Shown: in pieces, positions 29,515-37,998 of the stretch | Layout of the letters: each line of letters starts with the position of its first letter | Position numbering within the stretch: position 1 is the stretch's first letter | IMG/VR virus record: IMGVR_UViG_3300047557_002769 | Coordinates: 64,001-128,000 of that record | Reading direction: 5' to 3' (one strand) | Length of the DNA: 64,000 nt | Source: a virus | Notes under the pieces: generated by a model | The model's input: the letters and a program-made list of their open reading frames with translations, nothing else | Told to the model about the DNA's origin: nothing | Database searches by the model: none | Program-made: the position numbers and the translations under genes

Positions 29515-30244
29515 AATTTTCCTCATAATGTGAAATATCAAAATCTCCTAGATACGCAAGTCTACAGTTTCTATTTCTGTAGAAGTGCTTATTGAAGGAG
29601 TACTCAATAGGTTTATTATCCCAGTTCTTCAGATCGTCACCCCATAACACAACGGTCTCTTTCTTAAGTAAATCAGCAATAACAGAAATACCTGTAAAAG
29701 TAGAGAAGATAGGTTTAGACGATGCTTTAATAAGAGCAGCATTATCTACCATTGATTGATTATAGTCTAAAAACATGCATCTGTCAAGCGGGAACTTACC
29801 TGAATTTTGCAGGACGTTAAACTGTCTGCGTTGATCCATTTCTGGGTGACTCATGCGATCACCGACTATAAATTTATTAATTGGTTCAATAACTGGGGTA
29901 TTTAATTCAAAAGAATCATCGACCATAAAGTCGATGTTATATCTTCGTCTAAAGTCTTCTTCAAGTCTTACTGTTTCCCAGGGTCTTATTGTATGCTTAT
30001 CAAACGACTCAACTAAAGAAAGAATATTGTAGGTTGAATCGATGGTGACGTCTGATTCGTATTTTACCGAACAAACACATTCCTGCATCAACAACAGCTC
30101 TCTAAAGCCGTTAAAGATTTTCATCTTGTCTCTTACTACAAGACTAATAGCATGCCCGGTAGATTTAAAAATGCCCGATAAGACGGGCATTACATTTAAA
30201 GTATCACCTACATTACCCGACATGGGCATGAATATTCTAATCAT
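29501..30244 (-). CDS. Putative GT-B (GT9-like) glycosyltransferase
   Basis: GNVGDTLNVMPVL N-terminus and FTGISVIADLL..TVVLWG echo heptosyltransferase motifs. Confidence 0.45.
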   Translation of the reverse strand: MIRIFMPMSGNVGDTLNVMPVLSGIFKSTGHAISLVVRDKMKIFNGFRELLLMQECVCSVKYESDVTIDSTYNILSLVESFDKHTIRPWETVRLEEDFRRRYNIDFMVDDSFELNTPVIEPINKFIVGDRMSHPEMDQRRQFNVLQNSGKFPLDRCMFLDYNQSMVDNAALIKASSKPIFSTFTGISVIADLLKKETVVLWGDDLKNWDNKPIEYSFNKHFYRNRNCRLAYLGDFDISHYEENYEVQ

Positions 30245-31034
30245 GGTTAAAGTTTTTAAAAATTACAAACCAATCAGAAGGATCAACGTTGTTAAGTTTG
30301 AACAGCTCAGGTAATGATCTATATGCCATCAGTAATAGAGTTTGATCGTCATCAATTAGACCGACGTTGAATAATGTTGAAAGATTTTGAGATACTAATC
30401 CCTTTAAAGTAGACCATTGGTTTCTAGGAGCAACAATATGGCACCCCTGAATATAGACTTCACCTGTTCGGATAATTTCAAAAATAGGCTTACTATGTGT
30501 AAATGGATTAATGCAGAAAATATTGATCTTACCGTCGGTGCTGAACTTCCACTCTAATCCAGGTGGGCAAAATGTATCATCTCTTACATAGCCAAAATCA
30601 ATCCACGCCCAGTTAGCCGTGTCACTAAGCTTCTGCTCAATAGCATAAGTTACAAAGAAGCTTTTCATTAAGTTAATTGCCACATATTCTGGAGACCAGT
30701 ACTCTGGGGCCGAAGGGTTTGTGACAAATTTAATGAAGTTGGGATCCTGCTGTACTTGGTTAATCTTATTAAGCAGGTGTGCGTGATCTTCAAATACGGT
30801 ATCAATAGCAACTAGAGAAATATCTTGTCTAATGTTTTTAAGTCGTTCAAAATCTTCGGACTTTGCAAACACCACCATAGGATTTTTAACTTTGGCTAGT
30901 CTTTCAAACCTCTCAAAGTACGTACTTTTATCTCTTTTAATGTAGGAAGGGATAAGCTGATTGTTTTTTAAGCCTTCCCATTTATCACGGCCAATATCCA
31001 CAAAAGCGGTTACAATTGTTACTAATTCACTCAT
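30237..31034 (-). CDS. HtrL/YibB family protein
   Basis: TIVTAFVDIGR, YFERFERLA, WIDFGY, DDDQTLLL. Confidence 0.8.
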   Translation of the reverse strand: MSELVTIVTAFVDIGRDKWEGLKNNQLIPSYIKRDKSTYFERFERLAKVKNPMVVFAKSEDFERLKNIRQDISLVAIDTVFEDHAHLLNKINQVQQDPNFIKFVTNPSAPEYWSPEYVAINLMKSFFVTYAIEQKLSDTANWAWIDFGYVRDDTFCPPGLEWKFSTDGKINIFCINPFTHSKPIFEIIRTGEVYIQGCHIVAPRNQWSTLKGLVSQNLSTLFNVGLIDDDQTLLLMAYRSLPELFKLNNVDPSDWFVIFKNFNHD

Positions 31035-31528
31035 ACGGTTCCCATTATCATAAATGAGTTATTAAGATCAACACCTGATACAAAAATCCTACTCATATTT
31101 AATGACGTGAATGCGTCTTTCATAATTTGCGGAGTGAAGATGTGATTATGTTTGGAATTATTCCATGGTCTCCAGTAACGCTGGCTATAGTCTGGCAGGT
31201 AGAGGAATAGAACTCCCCCGTTTCTAATTCTACCCTTCCAGCCTTTGAGCGTATTGTACCAATTACCCGGTACGTGCTCGAGACAATGACTACTAAAAAT
31301 GTAATCAACATAATTCGGTTCAGGCGGTAGTTTATCAGCATCATATTCATTAATAGCAGGATCAACAGGAATTGAACCAGGGTAGCTCCACTCTAGCCTA
31401 CCACATCCAATATCAAAGCCGGTTCCAGCACAAACATGCTTGGCAAATGGAATTGCGAATTGTGCTGCGTTACCTAGAGTTTGGAAATGAGGATAGTACT
31501 CGCCTTCCCATTGTACTGTCTTAATCAT
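31031..31528 (-). CDS. Class I SAM-dependent methyltransferase
   Basis: DIGCG, DYIFSSHCLEH, GGVLFLYLP. Confidence 0.85.
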   Translation of the reverse strand: MIKTVQWEGEYYPHFQTLGNAAQFAIPFAKHVCAGTGFDIGCGRLEWSYPGSIPVDPAINEYDADKLPPEPNYVDYIFSSHCLEHVPGNWYNTLKGWKGRIRNGGVLFLYLPDYSQRYWRPWNNSKHNHIFTPQIMKDAFTSLNMSRIFVSGVDLNNSFMIMGTV

Positions 31529-32477
31529 AAAAAACCTGTTTAAATTTATTCATTACGATATTAGGAGTAAAGCTTTGAGTTATTTCTGACCAGCCTTCTT
31601 TCTGCTTAAGTTCTGGAACAATACTTAGCAGGTAACTAAGCTCCTCTACGTTTGTATACAATGTATTGCATTCTCTGAGCATTTCCACATGATTTAAATC
31701 ATGACCGCCTGCCCATGCAAGAACAGGTTTGTTAAGATGTAAAAACTCAGCTATAGACAACCCAAAGCTCTCACCTCTTACTCTGGCATGTAACATTGCG
31801 TCACAGGTATTAATAAAGTTGGCTTTCTTTTGCGGGCTATGTATTTCGTTGATAAATTTAACGTTAGGATGATCAATAAAAGGTTCGGTACCTACAAATA
31901 GAAAAATATATTTGTCGGTTGTTGTAACGAATTTTGAAATGTAATCCTTGACTGGTTGCAGGTCAAAAGTAAAGTAACCGCCAATACGACCAATAACAAT
32001 TTTATCATCTGAGATACCTAGTGCTTTTCTATAATTACCAGTCGGTGCAGGTAAGCTTACTATATGAGGTACATACGGTATGCTACCATTCGACATCTTT
32101 TCAGAAAGCCATTTAGAAATATACGCATAGCGATCACCGTGTGATTCGTTAAACTGAAAAACAGCGTGAACCGCGGTCCTACAGTTCCTAGGTAGGTCTT
32201 CTTTTTTACCAGCACGTATAAAGTAAGCTAAATCAACTTGTTCTTTACTAATAATACCTTCTAGATCACCTTCTTTATACCCAACAACATTGAACTGCTT
32301 TTTAAGCTCATCAACAACTGCTTGTTCCGAGCCCATATCTCTATCGTAACCGTGACTTGCATTATAAGCAATCACAGATTCATTACCGAGTACTTCTTGA
32401 TTGTACTTAGCATAATCGGTAATTGCTACCGTTGTGCCTCTGTAGTTTAAGGTGTTGGTATGAAACAAAACTCTCAC
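31521..32477 (-). CDS. GT4-like glycosyltransferase
   Basis: RGT..A..DYA, GRIGG, CDAMLHAR.GESFGLSIAEF. Confidence 0.8.
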   Translation of the reverse strand: MRVLFHTNTLNYRGTTVAITDYAKYNQEVLGNESVIAYNASHGYDRDMGSEQAVVDELKKQFNVVGYKEGDLEGIISKEQVDLAYFIRAGKKEDLPRNCRTAVHAVFQFNESHGDRYAYISKWLSEKMSNGSIPYVPHIVSLPAPTGNYRKALGISDDKIVIGRIGGYFTFDLQPVKDYISKFVTTTDKYIFLFVGTEPFIDHPNVKFINEIHSPQKKANFINTCDAMLHARVRGESFGLSIAEFLHLNKPVLAWAGGHDLNHVEMLRECNTLYTNVEELSYLLSIVPELKQKEGWSEITQSFTPNIVMNKFKQVFYD

Positions 32478-33154
32478 GGAACAACTCTACCTTTAAAGTC
32501 AAATGCTGTTGAGCTTACATGAAATCGATTATCAAAATTACCTTCTACAATCTCATTACAACGCTTGATAAAGAGTTCTAGATTAGATTGTAGACGCCCC
32601 TGATACAGATGGTAACAGTAGTTATCAAATACTGTACCTATGCCATAGTAACCGTAGTTACCTAGCGGCCATACACCTTCTTGCGGTTCTCTTTCAAATG
32701 TAACCGGGTAAAGACAGCGATACCGCTTACCTTTAGACTCAGCAACATATGTGAACTCTTCACCGACATCTGAGCGTATAGTTTCAGAAAAAGAAGTGCT
32801 GATCTCTCTCCAACAAGACTTAGTTAGGAAAAAGAAAGCAGGTGCAGCGTAGATATGGGACTTTGGTTTAATGTGATTAGATACTTGAGCAATGCCTAGG
32901 AAGGTATTATTCTTCTTTACATACGACATTGCATTGAGAACTGCATCTCTAGAGAGCGGTACACAATCAGCATCCAAGAATCCAATAATATCAGAATCTG
33001 CTTGTTCACAAACACTATCCATCCACATACCATGCGGTACATTTTGCTGATGATAGTTAACGGGTAGTCCGAACTCTTTGGTTACCCGTTTATGAGCTTC
33101 AATCTGCTCTACCGGGGTATTATCCCAATAGAGTGTGTGGAGTTCAACCTTCAT
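32474..33154 (-). CDS. GT-A fold glycosyltransferase-like protein
   Basis: HG.WMD, FLDADCVP (DxD), DVG, YHLYQ.R. Confidence 0.6.
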   Translation of the reverse strand: MKVELHTLYWDNTPVEQIEAHKRVTKEFGLPVNYHQQNVPHGMWMDSVCEQADSDIIGFLDADCVPLSRDAVLNAMSYVKKNNTFLGIAQVSNHIKPKSHIYAAPAFFFLTKSCWREISTSFSETIRSDVGEEFTYVAESKGKRYRCLYPVTFEREPQEGVWPLGNYGYYGIGTVFDNYCYHLYQGRLQSNLELFIKRCNEIVEGNFDNRFHVSSTAFDFKGRVVP

Positions 33155-33440
33155 TTGCAGCTGGCACTGCTTTAGGTACCATGTTGCCAAACGTCTTGTC
33201 GTAGTATTCTGCCAAGTCGTTCACAGGATCAGCAACGTAGAAAACCTTTTCCTTCTCCAGGAAAATAGAATGACCTTTTACATGCATGAGAAAAGGTTCA
33301 ATCTTATTCTTAGCGGTATTATCGGTAGGATCAACGACCAGTGTAACGCGCGCTGGCCACTTCATAAAATAACCTGCGGAAGTTTCGTCGAGTTCACAAA
33401 CAACTTCTTCACCAGTCATCAGTTTAACATATTTAATCAT
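33144..33440 (-). CDS. Sm-like fold small protein
   Basis: VKLMTGEEVVC; late promoter TATAAATA at 33485-33492. Confidence 0.55.
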   Translation of the reverse strand: MIKYVKLMTGEEVVCELDETSAGYFMKWPARVTLVVDPTDNTAKNKIEPFLMHVKGHSIFLEKEKVFYVADPVNDLAEYYDKTFGNMVPKAVPAANEG

Positions 33441-33500
33441 TTTTCAGCCCTTTCATAATGAGTCAGATAAGTAATGATATTGTTTATTTATATATCTCTT

Positions 33501-34187
33501 ATGCGTATTATCCATGCATGTGGTTGCCGAGGTCTTGGTGACCTTGTCAGCGGCACATCAAACATTATAAGAACTATTAAAGAAGATAGCCATATAATAT
33601 TTCATTTTCCTCCAGGTTTTGATTATAAGACAACAGTTGATACTTTAATGTCGGAGTTTGTCATGCCTGCAGGTATTAACGTTACTCATGAACTCGATGA
33701 AACATGGTACACCGTTCGCAGACACGTAGCATTAAAAAAGTTTGGTAGAGAAACATTAGATAAAGATTGGTTCTTTTTTGCATCAGGTGGCTCGACGTAT
33801 GTGCCTTTTAAGACAGCATGGCAGGGTAATATAAACGGGCCGGTTGCGGTCTCCCCTAATAACGAAAATACCAACCCTCAATACCCGTACCCTGGGAAGT
33901 GGTTTCCGGAAAAATTAAACAGTTTAATTATGAATTTGATTGATGAGAAGAAATACCTTTATCTAGGCAGACCATTTTCGATTAGAGAGTGTATCGATAA
34001 GATGGCAGTAAGTAGGTATGCAATTGGCGTAGATGGTGCGTGGACGCACATAGCCAATGCTATGAGGGTTCCTTACATTTTAGTAAGGAATGATTTTGAT
34101 GCTAAAATGATGAAAAGGATGCATAGAGCTCACCCTAGCATCCAATTCATCGAGACTTATCAGACGTTAGAATATCTACCGTTATAA
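33501..34187 (+). CDS. GT9-like glycosyltransferase
   Basis: RGLGDLV, KWFP, IGVDGAWTHIANAMRVP match the GT9 G.DSG..H.A.A.G.P pattern. Confidence 0.55.
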   Translation: MRIIHACGCRGLGDLVSGTSNIIRTIKEDSHIIFHFPPGFDYKTTVDTLMSEFVMPAGINVTHELDETWYTVRRHVALKKFGRETLDKDWFFFASGGSTYVPFKTAWQGNINGPVAVSPNNENTNPQYPYPGKWFPEKLNSLIMNLIDEKKYLYLGRPFSIRECIDKMAVSRYAIGVDGAWTHIANAMRVPYILVRNDFDAKMMKRMHRAHPSIQFIETYQTLEYLPL

Positions 34188-34272
34188 TGGTGCCCGGGGC
34201 GGGATTCGAACCCGCACGCTTTTTTAGCGGGGGATTTTAAGTCCCCTGTGTCTACCGTTCCACCACCCGGGC
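34188..34272 (-). tRNA. tRNA-Leu(TAA)
   Basis: Cloverleaf, CT-TAA-AA loop, long variable arm, CCA. Confidence 0.92.
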
Positions 34273-34277
34273 TTAGT

Positions 34278-34351
34278 TGGTGCCCCTAGAGGGAATCGAA
34301 CCCCCACCTGATGCTTACAAGGCAACTGCACGACCTTCATGCTACAGGGGC
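34278..34351 (-). tRNA. tRNA-Thr(TGT)
   Basis: CT-TGT-AA loop, GTTCGATTC, CCA. Confidence 0.9.
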
Positions 34352-34356
34352 AAATT

Positions 34357-34830
34357 TTAAGCAGCTAGCAACTCTTTAAGTCTATCTGCAGCATAAGAAG
34401 CTGCAAAAGCTTTAGGCTTAACCATTGGTACAACGTTACAAACACCTCTAATATAACCTACTGCTTGCTGAATTACAATACTTGAATTATAGTGCTCGTC
34501 AGGGTTAATATCAAGATGAATCTGCACTTCACGGTCACCAATTACATCAACAAGTTTTTGATACAACTCAGCCACCTTGTAAACCTCATTCATTAGACGA
34601 GTTGCAGGCCTGGAAGCTTTTGCATCGTAATCAATCTCCGTCTGTACTTCGCCAAAGATTTTGCAACCATGGCGACCGTCAATGTGTACAACGATAGCCA
34701 AAGTGTAGTCAGCAACCCATTTATCGTTACGCTTAATTCTTTCCGAATCAGCCCCGATATAGATTTTTGTCTCCGGGCTCTGCGCGTCGATGAATGCTTT
34801 TACTTCGTCAATGTTAATAGATTTATTCAT
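34357..34830 (-). CDS. RNase H-like YkuK (DUF458) family protein
   Basis: IYIGADS, RLMNEV, IHLDIN, ASYAAD; track start overlaps tRNA-Gly, so start reset to 34830. Confidence 0.8.
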   Translation of the reverse strand: MNKSINIDEVKAFIDAQSPETKIYIGADSERIKRNDKWVADYTLAIVVHIDGRHGCKIFGEVQTEIDYDAKASRPATRLMNEVYKVAELYQKLVDVIGDREVQIHLDINPDEHYNSSIVIQQAVGYIRGVCNVVPMVKPKAFAASYAADRLKELLAA

Positions 34831-34844
34831 GGCACTACTATTTA

Positions 34845-34921
34845 TGGAGCGGGTAACGAGACTCGAACTCGTACCGTCTGCTTGGAAGGCAGTCATGCTA
34901 GCCGTTAAACACCATACCCGC
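34845..34921 (-). tRNA. tRNA-Gly(TCC)
   Basis: GCGGGTA acceptor, CT-TCC-AA, TCCA end. Confidence 0.92.
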
Positions 34922-34925
34922 TTAT

Positions 34926-35000
34926 TGGTCCGCCGAGAGGGAATCGAACCCCCATTAAGAGCTTAGAAGGCTCCTGTTCTATCCATTGAACTATCGGCAG
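34926..35000 (-). tRNA. tRNA-Arg(TCT)
   Basis: CT-TCT-AA loop, CCA. Confidence 0.92.
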
Positions 35001-35076
35001 ATGTATTATTATATCCTATTTTAAACTAAAAAACAACTCTAATTGTTACGCTTACTAAATAACTAAGGGTGACAAT

Positions 35077-35478
35077 ATGACTAAAAATAAAAAAGATAAC
35101 GAACTTTCCTTTAAAGAAGATTGGATGAATAGAAAATGGCGTCCAATGATGGGGTGGATGTACATGATTGTATGTATCACCGATTTTATCATTTTTCCCG
35201 TTTTCTGGTCAATCGTACAACTTAAAGGTGGCGGTAACGTTAAGGAAGCATGGCAGCCTTTGACGTTACAAGGCGCTGGATTGTTTCATGTAGCCATGGG
35301 TGTGGTACTTGGTCTTACTACCTGGGGCAGAACACGTGAACGTATATCTACCAATCAGATGTATGCGCAGTTACCACAAGAACCACAGTTCTACGAAGAG
35401 CGTTCCGTAAGAAAAACAACTGTTAGACCGGAAATAACACCGCCTACCAGACGACCGTTTATTGACCCCGGAGATTAA
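35077..35478 (+). CDS. Holin (3TM-holin family-like)
   Basis: W...WRPMMGW, hydrophobic segments, LG...WGRT.ER; adjacent to endolysin. Confidence 0.7.
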   Translation: MTKNKKDNELSFKEDWMNRKWRPMMGWMYMIVCITDFIIFPVFWSIVQLKGGGNVKEAWQPLTLQGAGLFHVAMGVVLGLTTWGRTRERISTNQMYAQLPQEPQFYEERSVRKTTVRPEITPPTRRPFIDPGD

Positions 35479-36101
35479 CTCACCAGAACGTCGATAGCAT
35501 GGTTGTAGTGTTTAATTCTATCGGCTAATCCTATCTTACCTCCATTTATAAGTATAGTCATACCTTCAATATCCGCTATATCAGCGAACGGATTCAAATC
35601 TCTTACATACCAGTACCAACAAGCTGAATGAACTGCACCCCTAGGTGTTTCTAGATAAGTAGGTGCCTCTTCTAAACTGATGTTGCAATATTCTGCAAAG
35701 GTAGAATAGTTAGATCTACCAGTTAGTTGAATTAAACCTCTACCTCTGTAACGAAAACCGTCTCCACTTGCCTCGCTGCTGTTACCCATTCTATTGGCGT
35801 AAACTTTATTAGCAATTTTTGCTGGTTGCCTGTGATAGGGTTGCGCAGACTCGAGTGTAGGAAATCGTTTGGGCCACGTACGCATTAGACCTTGTGCGCT
35901 GTAATTAAGATTTTCTTCTAGCGCAGTATAACCAGCCGACTCATGAGCAGTCTGTGCAATAAATGCAGCTACTCTTTGCACCGAAATTATTTCAAACGTA
36001 GGTAGAATTTCTTCTAGCTCTTTAAACCAAACACCTACACCAAATTTAGCTTTAGGTATAAGTTCTGATAGTTTTTCTTCTGTAAAGTCGAATTCAAACA
36101 T
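35475..36101 (-). CDS. GH19 endolysin
   Basis: FIAQTAHES, LEENLNYS, YRGRGLIQLTGRSNY, INGGKIGLADR. Confidence 0.92.
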   Translation of the reverse strand: MFEFDFTEEKLSELIPKAKFGVGVWFKELEEILPTFEIISVQRVAAFIAQTAHESAGYTALEENLNYSAQGLMRTWPKRFPTLESAQPYHRQPAKIANKVYANRMGNSSEASGDGFRYRGRGLIQLTGRSNYSTFAEYCNISLEEAPTYLETPRGAVHSACWYWYVRDLNPFADIADIEGMTILINGGKIGLADRIKHYNHAIDVLVS

Positions 36102-36132
36102 AAGCCCTCCCTTTTTAAATATTTAGAGCTTA

Positions 36133-36206
36133 TGGTGCTGCTAGCAAGAATCGAACTTGCGTTACCGCCTTACCAAGGCGACGTAATACCATTATACTAT
36201 AGCAGC
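36133..36206 (-). tRNA. tRNA-Thr(GGT)
   Basis: TT-GGT-AA loop, CCA. Confidence 0.9.
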
Positions 36207-36210
36207 ATAT

Positions 36211-36287
36211 TGGCCCGTCCTGAAGAATTCGAATCTCCAACCTCTGAGTTCGTAGCCCAGTGCACTATCCAGTTGTGCTAAGGACGG
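36211..36287 (-). tRNA. tRNA-Arg(ACG)
   Basis: CT-ACG-AA loop, GCCA. Confidence 0.9.
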
Positions 36288-36290
36288 TTA

Positions 36291-36365
36291 TGGATGCGGG
36301 AGACGGAATCGAACCGCCGTTCTCCAGGTTATGAGCCTGACGAGATACCTCTTCTCCATCCCGCG
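36291..36365 (-). tRNA. tRNA-fMet(CAT), initiator-like
   Basis: CGCGGG start with C1:A72 mismatch, CT-CAT-AA. Confidence 0.85.
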
Positions 36366-36371
36366 TAATTT

Positions 36372-36446
36372 TGGTGGTGATAGTTGGTAACGATCCAACC
36401 TGTGAGGCGTATGAAACCCCTGCATATCCGTCTATGCTATATCACC
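36372..36446 (-). tRNA. tRNA-Met(CAT), elongator-like
   Basis: TT-CAT-AC loop; T-loop ATCGTTA; CCA. Confidence 0.8.
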
Positions 36447-36447
36447 G

Positions 36448-36540
36448 TGGTCCCCGAGGTGAGATTCGAACTCACGACCTGCCGCTTATCTGGCGCTGAC
36501 GGGGTATAAATCCGCTGCTCTACCGCTGAGCTACCCGGGG
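36448..36540 (-). tRNA. Atypical 93-nt tRNA with TAT anticodon (Ile?) and long extra arm
   Basis: Canonical D and T arms, TT-TAT-AC loop, ~23-nt variable region, ACCA. Confidence 0.6.
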
Positions 36541-36545
36541 TAAAT

Positions 36546-36635
36546 TGGCCGAGAGTCAGGGAGTCGAACCCTGTGACCGTATTACTACAGTCTACGGATT
36601 AGCAATCCGCTGCATTACCATCCTGCCCACTCTCG
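36546..36635 (-). tRNA. tRNA-Ser(GCT)
   Basis: TT-GCT-AA, long variable arm, GCCA. Confidence 0.92.
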
Positions 36636-36639
36636 TTAT

Positions 36640-36729
36640 TGGAGGAAGCGGTGGGATTCGAACCCACGGACCGCTTTCACGATCGCTAGTTTTCAAGACT
36701 AGAGCCATCAACCACTCGACCACGCTTCC
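36640..36729 (-). tRNA. tRNA-Ser(TGA)
   Basis: CT-TGA-AA, long variable arm, CCA. Confidence 0.92.
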
Positions 36730-36734
36730 TTAAT

Positions 36735-36810
36735 TGGTGCCGCCTCTCTGTTACGATCAGAGTTCTCTGGTTCTTCAGACCAGCGTGAGGACCACCTTCA
36801 CCAAAGCGGC
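36735..36810 (-). tRNA. tRNA-Phe(GAA)
   Basis: CT-GAA-GA loop; T-loop ATCGTAA. Confidence 0.85.
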
Positions 36811-36814
36811 ATAT

Positions 36815-36888
36815 TGGGTTGAACCGGGGAATCGAACCCTCTCTACTTGTTTCACGGACAAGTGTGCGACCACTACACTAGGAACAAC
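36815..36888 (-). tRNA. tRNA-His(GTG)
   Basis: G-1:C73, CC-GTG-AA loop; two U:U mismatches in acceptor stem. Confidence 0.75.
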
Positions 36889-36894
36889 ATTAAC

Positions 36895-36968
36895 TGGCAG
36901 GGATGCTTGGAATCGAACCAAGGACACGGGAATCAAAATCCTGTGTGATACCATTTCACCACACCCCA
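36895..36968 (-). tRNA. tRNA-Gln(TTG)
   Basis: TGGGGTG start, TT-TTG-AT, GCCA. Confidence 0.9.
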
Positions 36969-36978
36969 ACAAAAAAAC

Positions 36979-37054
36979 TGGTCTCCGTAAGAGGATTTGA
37001 ACCCCTACCGCCTGACCCCAAATCAGGAACGCTGCCAGATTACGCTATACGGAG
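36979..37054 (-). tRNA. tRNA-Pro(TGG)
   Basis: TT-TGG-GG loop, ACCA. Confidence 0.9.
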
Positions 37055-37062
37055 AATAAATT

Positions 37063-37141
37063 TGGTGGACCCAATGACCAGCTACAGTCAATGCCCGCAA
37101 CCAGGGTTACTGGCGGTCGCTCTTATTGCTACCGAGGGCCC
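37063..37141 (-). ncRNA. tRNA-like RNA with Ala-type acceptor (G3:U70, A73, CCA) but no canonical anticodon or T-loop
   Basis: GGGCCC...GGGTCC-A-CCA; spaced like a tRNA unit in the array. Confidence 0.6.
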
Positions 37142-37151
37142 ATAAATTGTT

Positions 37152-37227
37152 TGGTGGAAGATAGGGGAATCGAACCCCTGACTCCGACTTGCAAGGCCGG
37201 CGTGTTCCCAATTAGCACCAATCCCCC
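37152..37227 (-). tRNA. tRNA-Ala(TGC)
   Basis: CT-TGC-AA, G3:U70, ACCA. Confidence 0.92.
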
Positions 37228-37231
37228 ATTA

Positions 37232-37313
37232 CCATATTGAAGCACACTAGCACCACAGCAACCGGCTCAATGGCGGGGAGTCGAACCCACTTTGTTAATG
37301 CACTTCAATATGG
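37232..37313 (-). repeat. CCA-anchored stem cassette A
   Basis: CCATATTGAAGTGCATT...AGTGTGCTTCAATATGG terminal stem. Confidence 0.8.
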
Positions 37314-37528
37314 CCCCAGCCCCTACACTGGGTACATATTGTCTTCTGAGTCGGCAGAAGATTTTATCTCCTGTTGTTCCGCGTTTCTCGGACGACGATC
37401 CTCAGGCCTAGACATCCGTATGCGAAGTCCACCATCACTCGCATATTTTTAATGACGGGGCTTTCACCCGCCTCGGTATTGTTTGCTCTGCTAACCACTA
37501 GGGAATGTGGCAACAAGAGTACCGGGAC
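37311..37528 (-). ncRNA. ~218-nt structured RNA ending in CCA
   Basis: Ends pair (CCCGGT/GCTGGG-G-CCA); several hairpins; no convincing coding ORF. Confidence 0.5.
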
Positions 37529-37540
37529 TAATTGTTAATC

Positions 37541-37615
37541 TGGTGCATCGTGAGAGGATTGAACTCCCGACCTTGGCCTTGTAAGGGCCCTGCTCTACCG
37601 CTGAGCTAACGATGC
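37541..37615 (-). tRNA. tRNA-Val(TAC)
   Basis: CT-TAC-AA, ACCA. Confidence 0.9.
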
Positions 37616-37621
37616 GTAATA

Positions 37622-37714
37622 TGGTGGGTGTCCACGGAGTCGAACCGCGAATGTTTACCACGAGGGACCGGATTTACAGTCCGGTGCAGCACACGCCTTA
37701 GCTGCAAGACACCC
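37622..37714 (-). tRNA. tRNA-Tyr(GTA)
   Basis: CT-GTA-AA, long variable arm, ACCA. Confidence 0.88.
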
Positions 37715-37722
37715 ATAAAACT

Positions 37723-37799
37723 TGGCTGACCAGGTAGGGATCGAACCCACGACATCGTGATTAACAGTCACGCGCAACTACCAACTGTGCTACTGGTCA
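37723..37799 (-). tRNA. tRNA-Asn(GTT)
   Basis: CT-GTT-AA, GCCA. Confidence 0.92.
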
Positions 37800-37807
37800 A
37801 AAAACTC

Positions 37808-37883
37808 TGGAGCGGGTAATCGGTTTCGAACCGATGGCCTTAACTTTGGCAAAGTTACGCTCTACCAACTGAGCTATACCCGC
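37808..37883 (-). tRNA. tRNA-Gly(GCC)
   Basis: TT-GCC-AA, TCCA. Confidence 0.92.
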
Positions 37884-37887
37884 TTAA

Positions 37888-37998
37888 CCATATTGAAACA
37901 CACTCGACGGAATCGAACCGTCCACCTCTGCTCCATACGGGGCAAGGCTGTATCCAGTCAGTAGGCTTGTACTTTGCCTTGAATGTGCTTCAATATGG
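37888..37998 (-). repeat. CCA-anchored stem cassette B
   Basis: CCATATTGAAGCACATTC...GAGTGTGTTTCAATATGG; interior has D-loop-like and T-arm hairpins. Confidence 0.8.

Noticed and set aside
37063-37528. tmRNA
   Set aside because: The Ala-type acceptor closes within 79 nt; no tag reading frame or canonical T-arm was found.
37888-37998. YrlA-type Y RNA
   Set aside because: Arm order is not the permuted Y-RNA order, no bulged Ro-binding helix is recognisable and there is no Ro60 gene in the window; not fully excluded without a model search.
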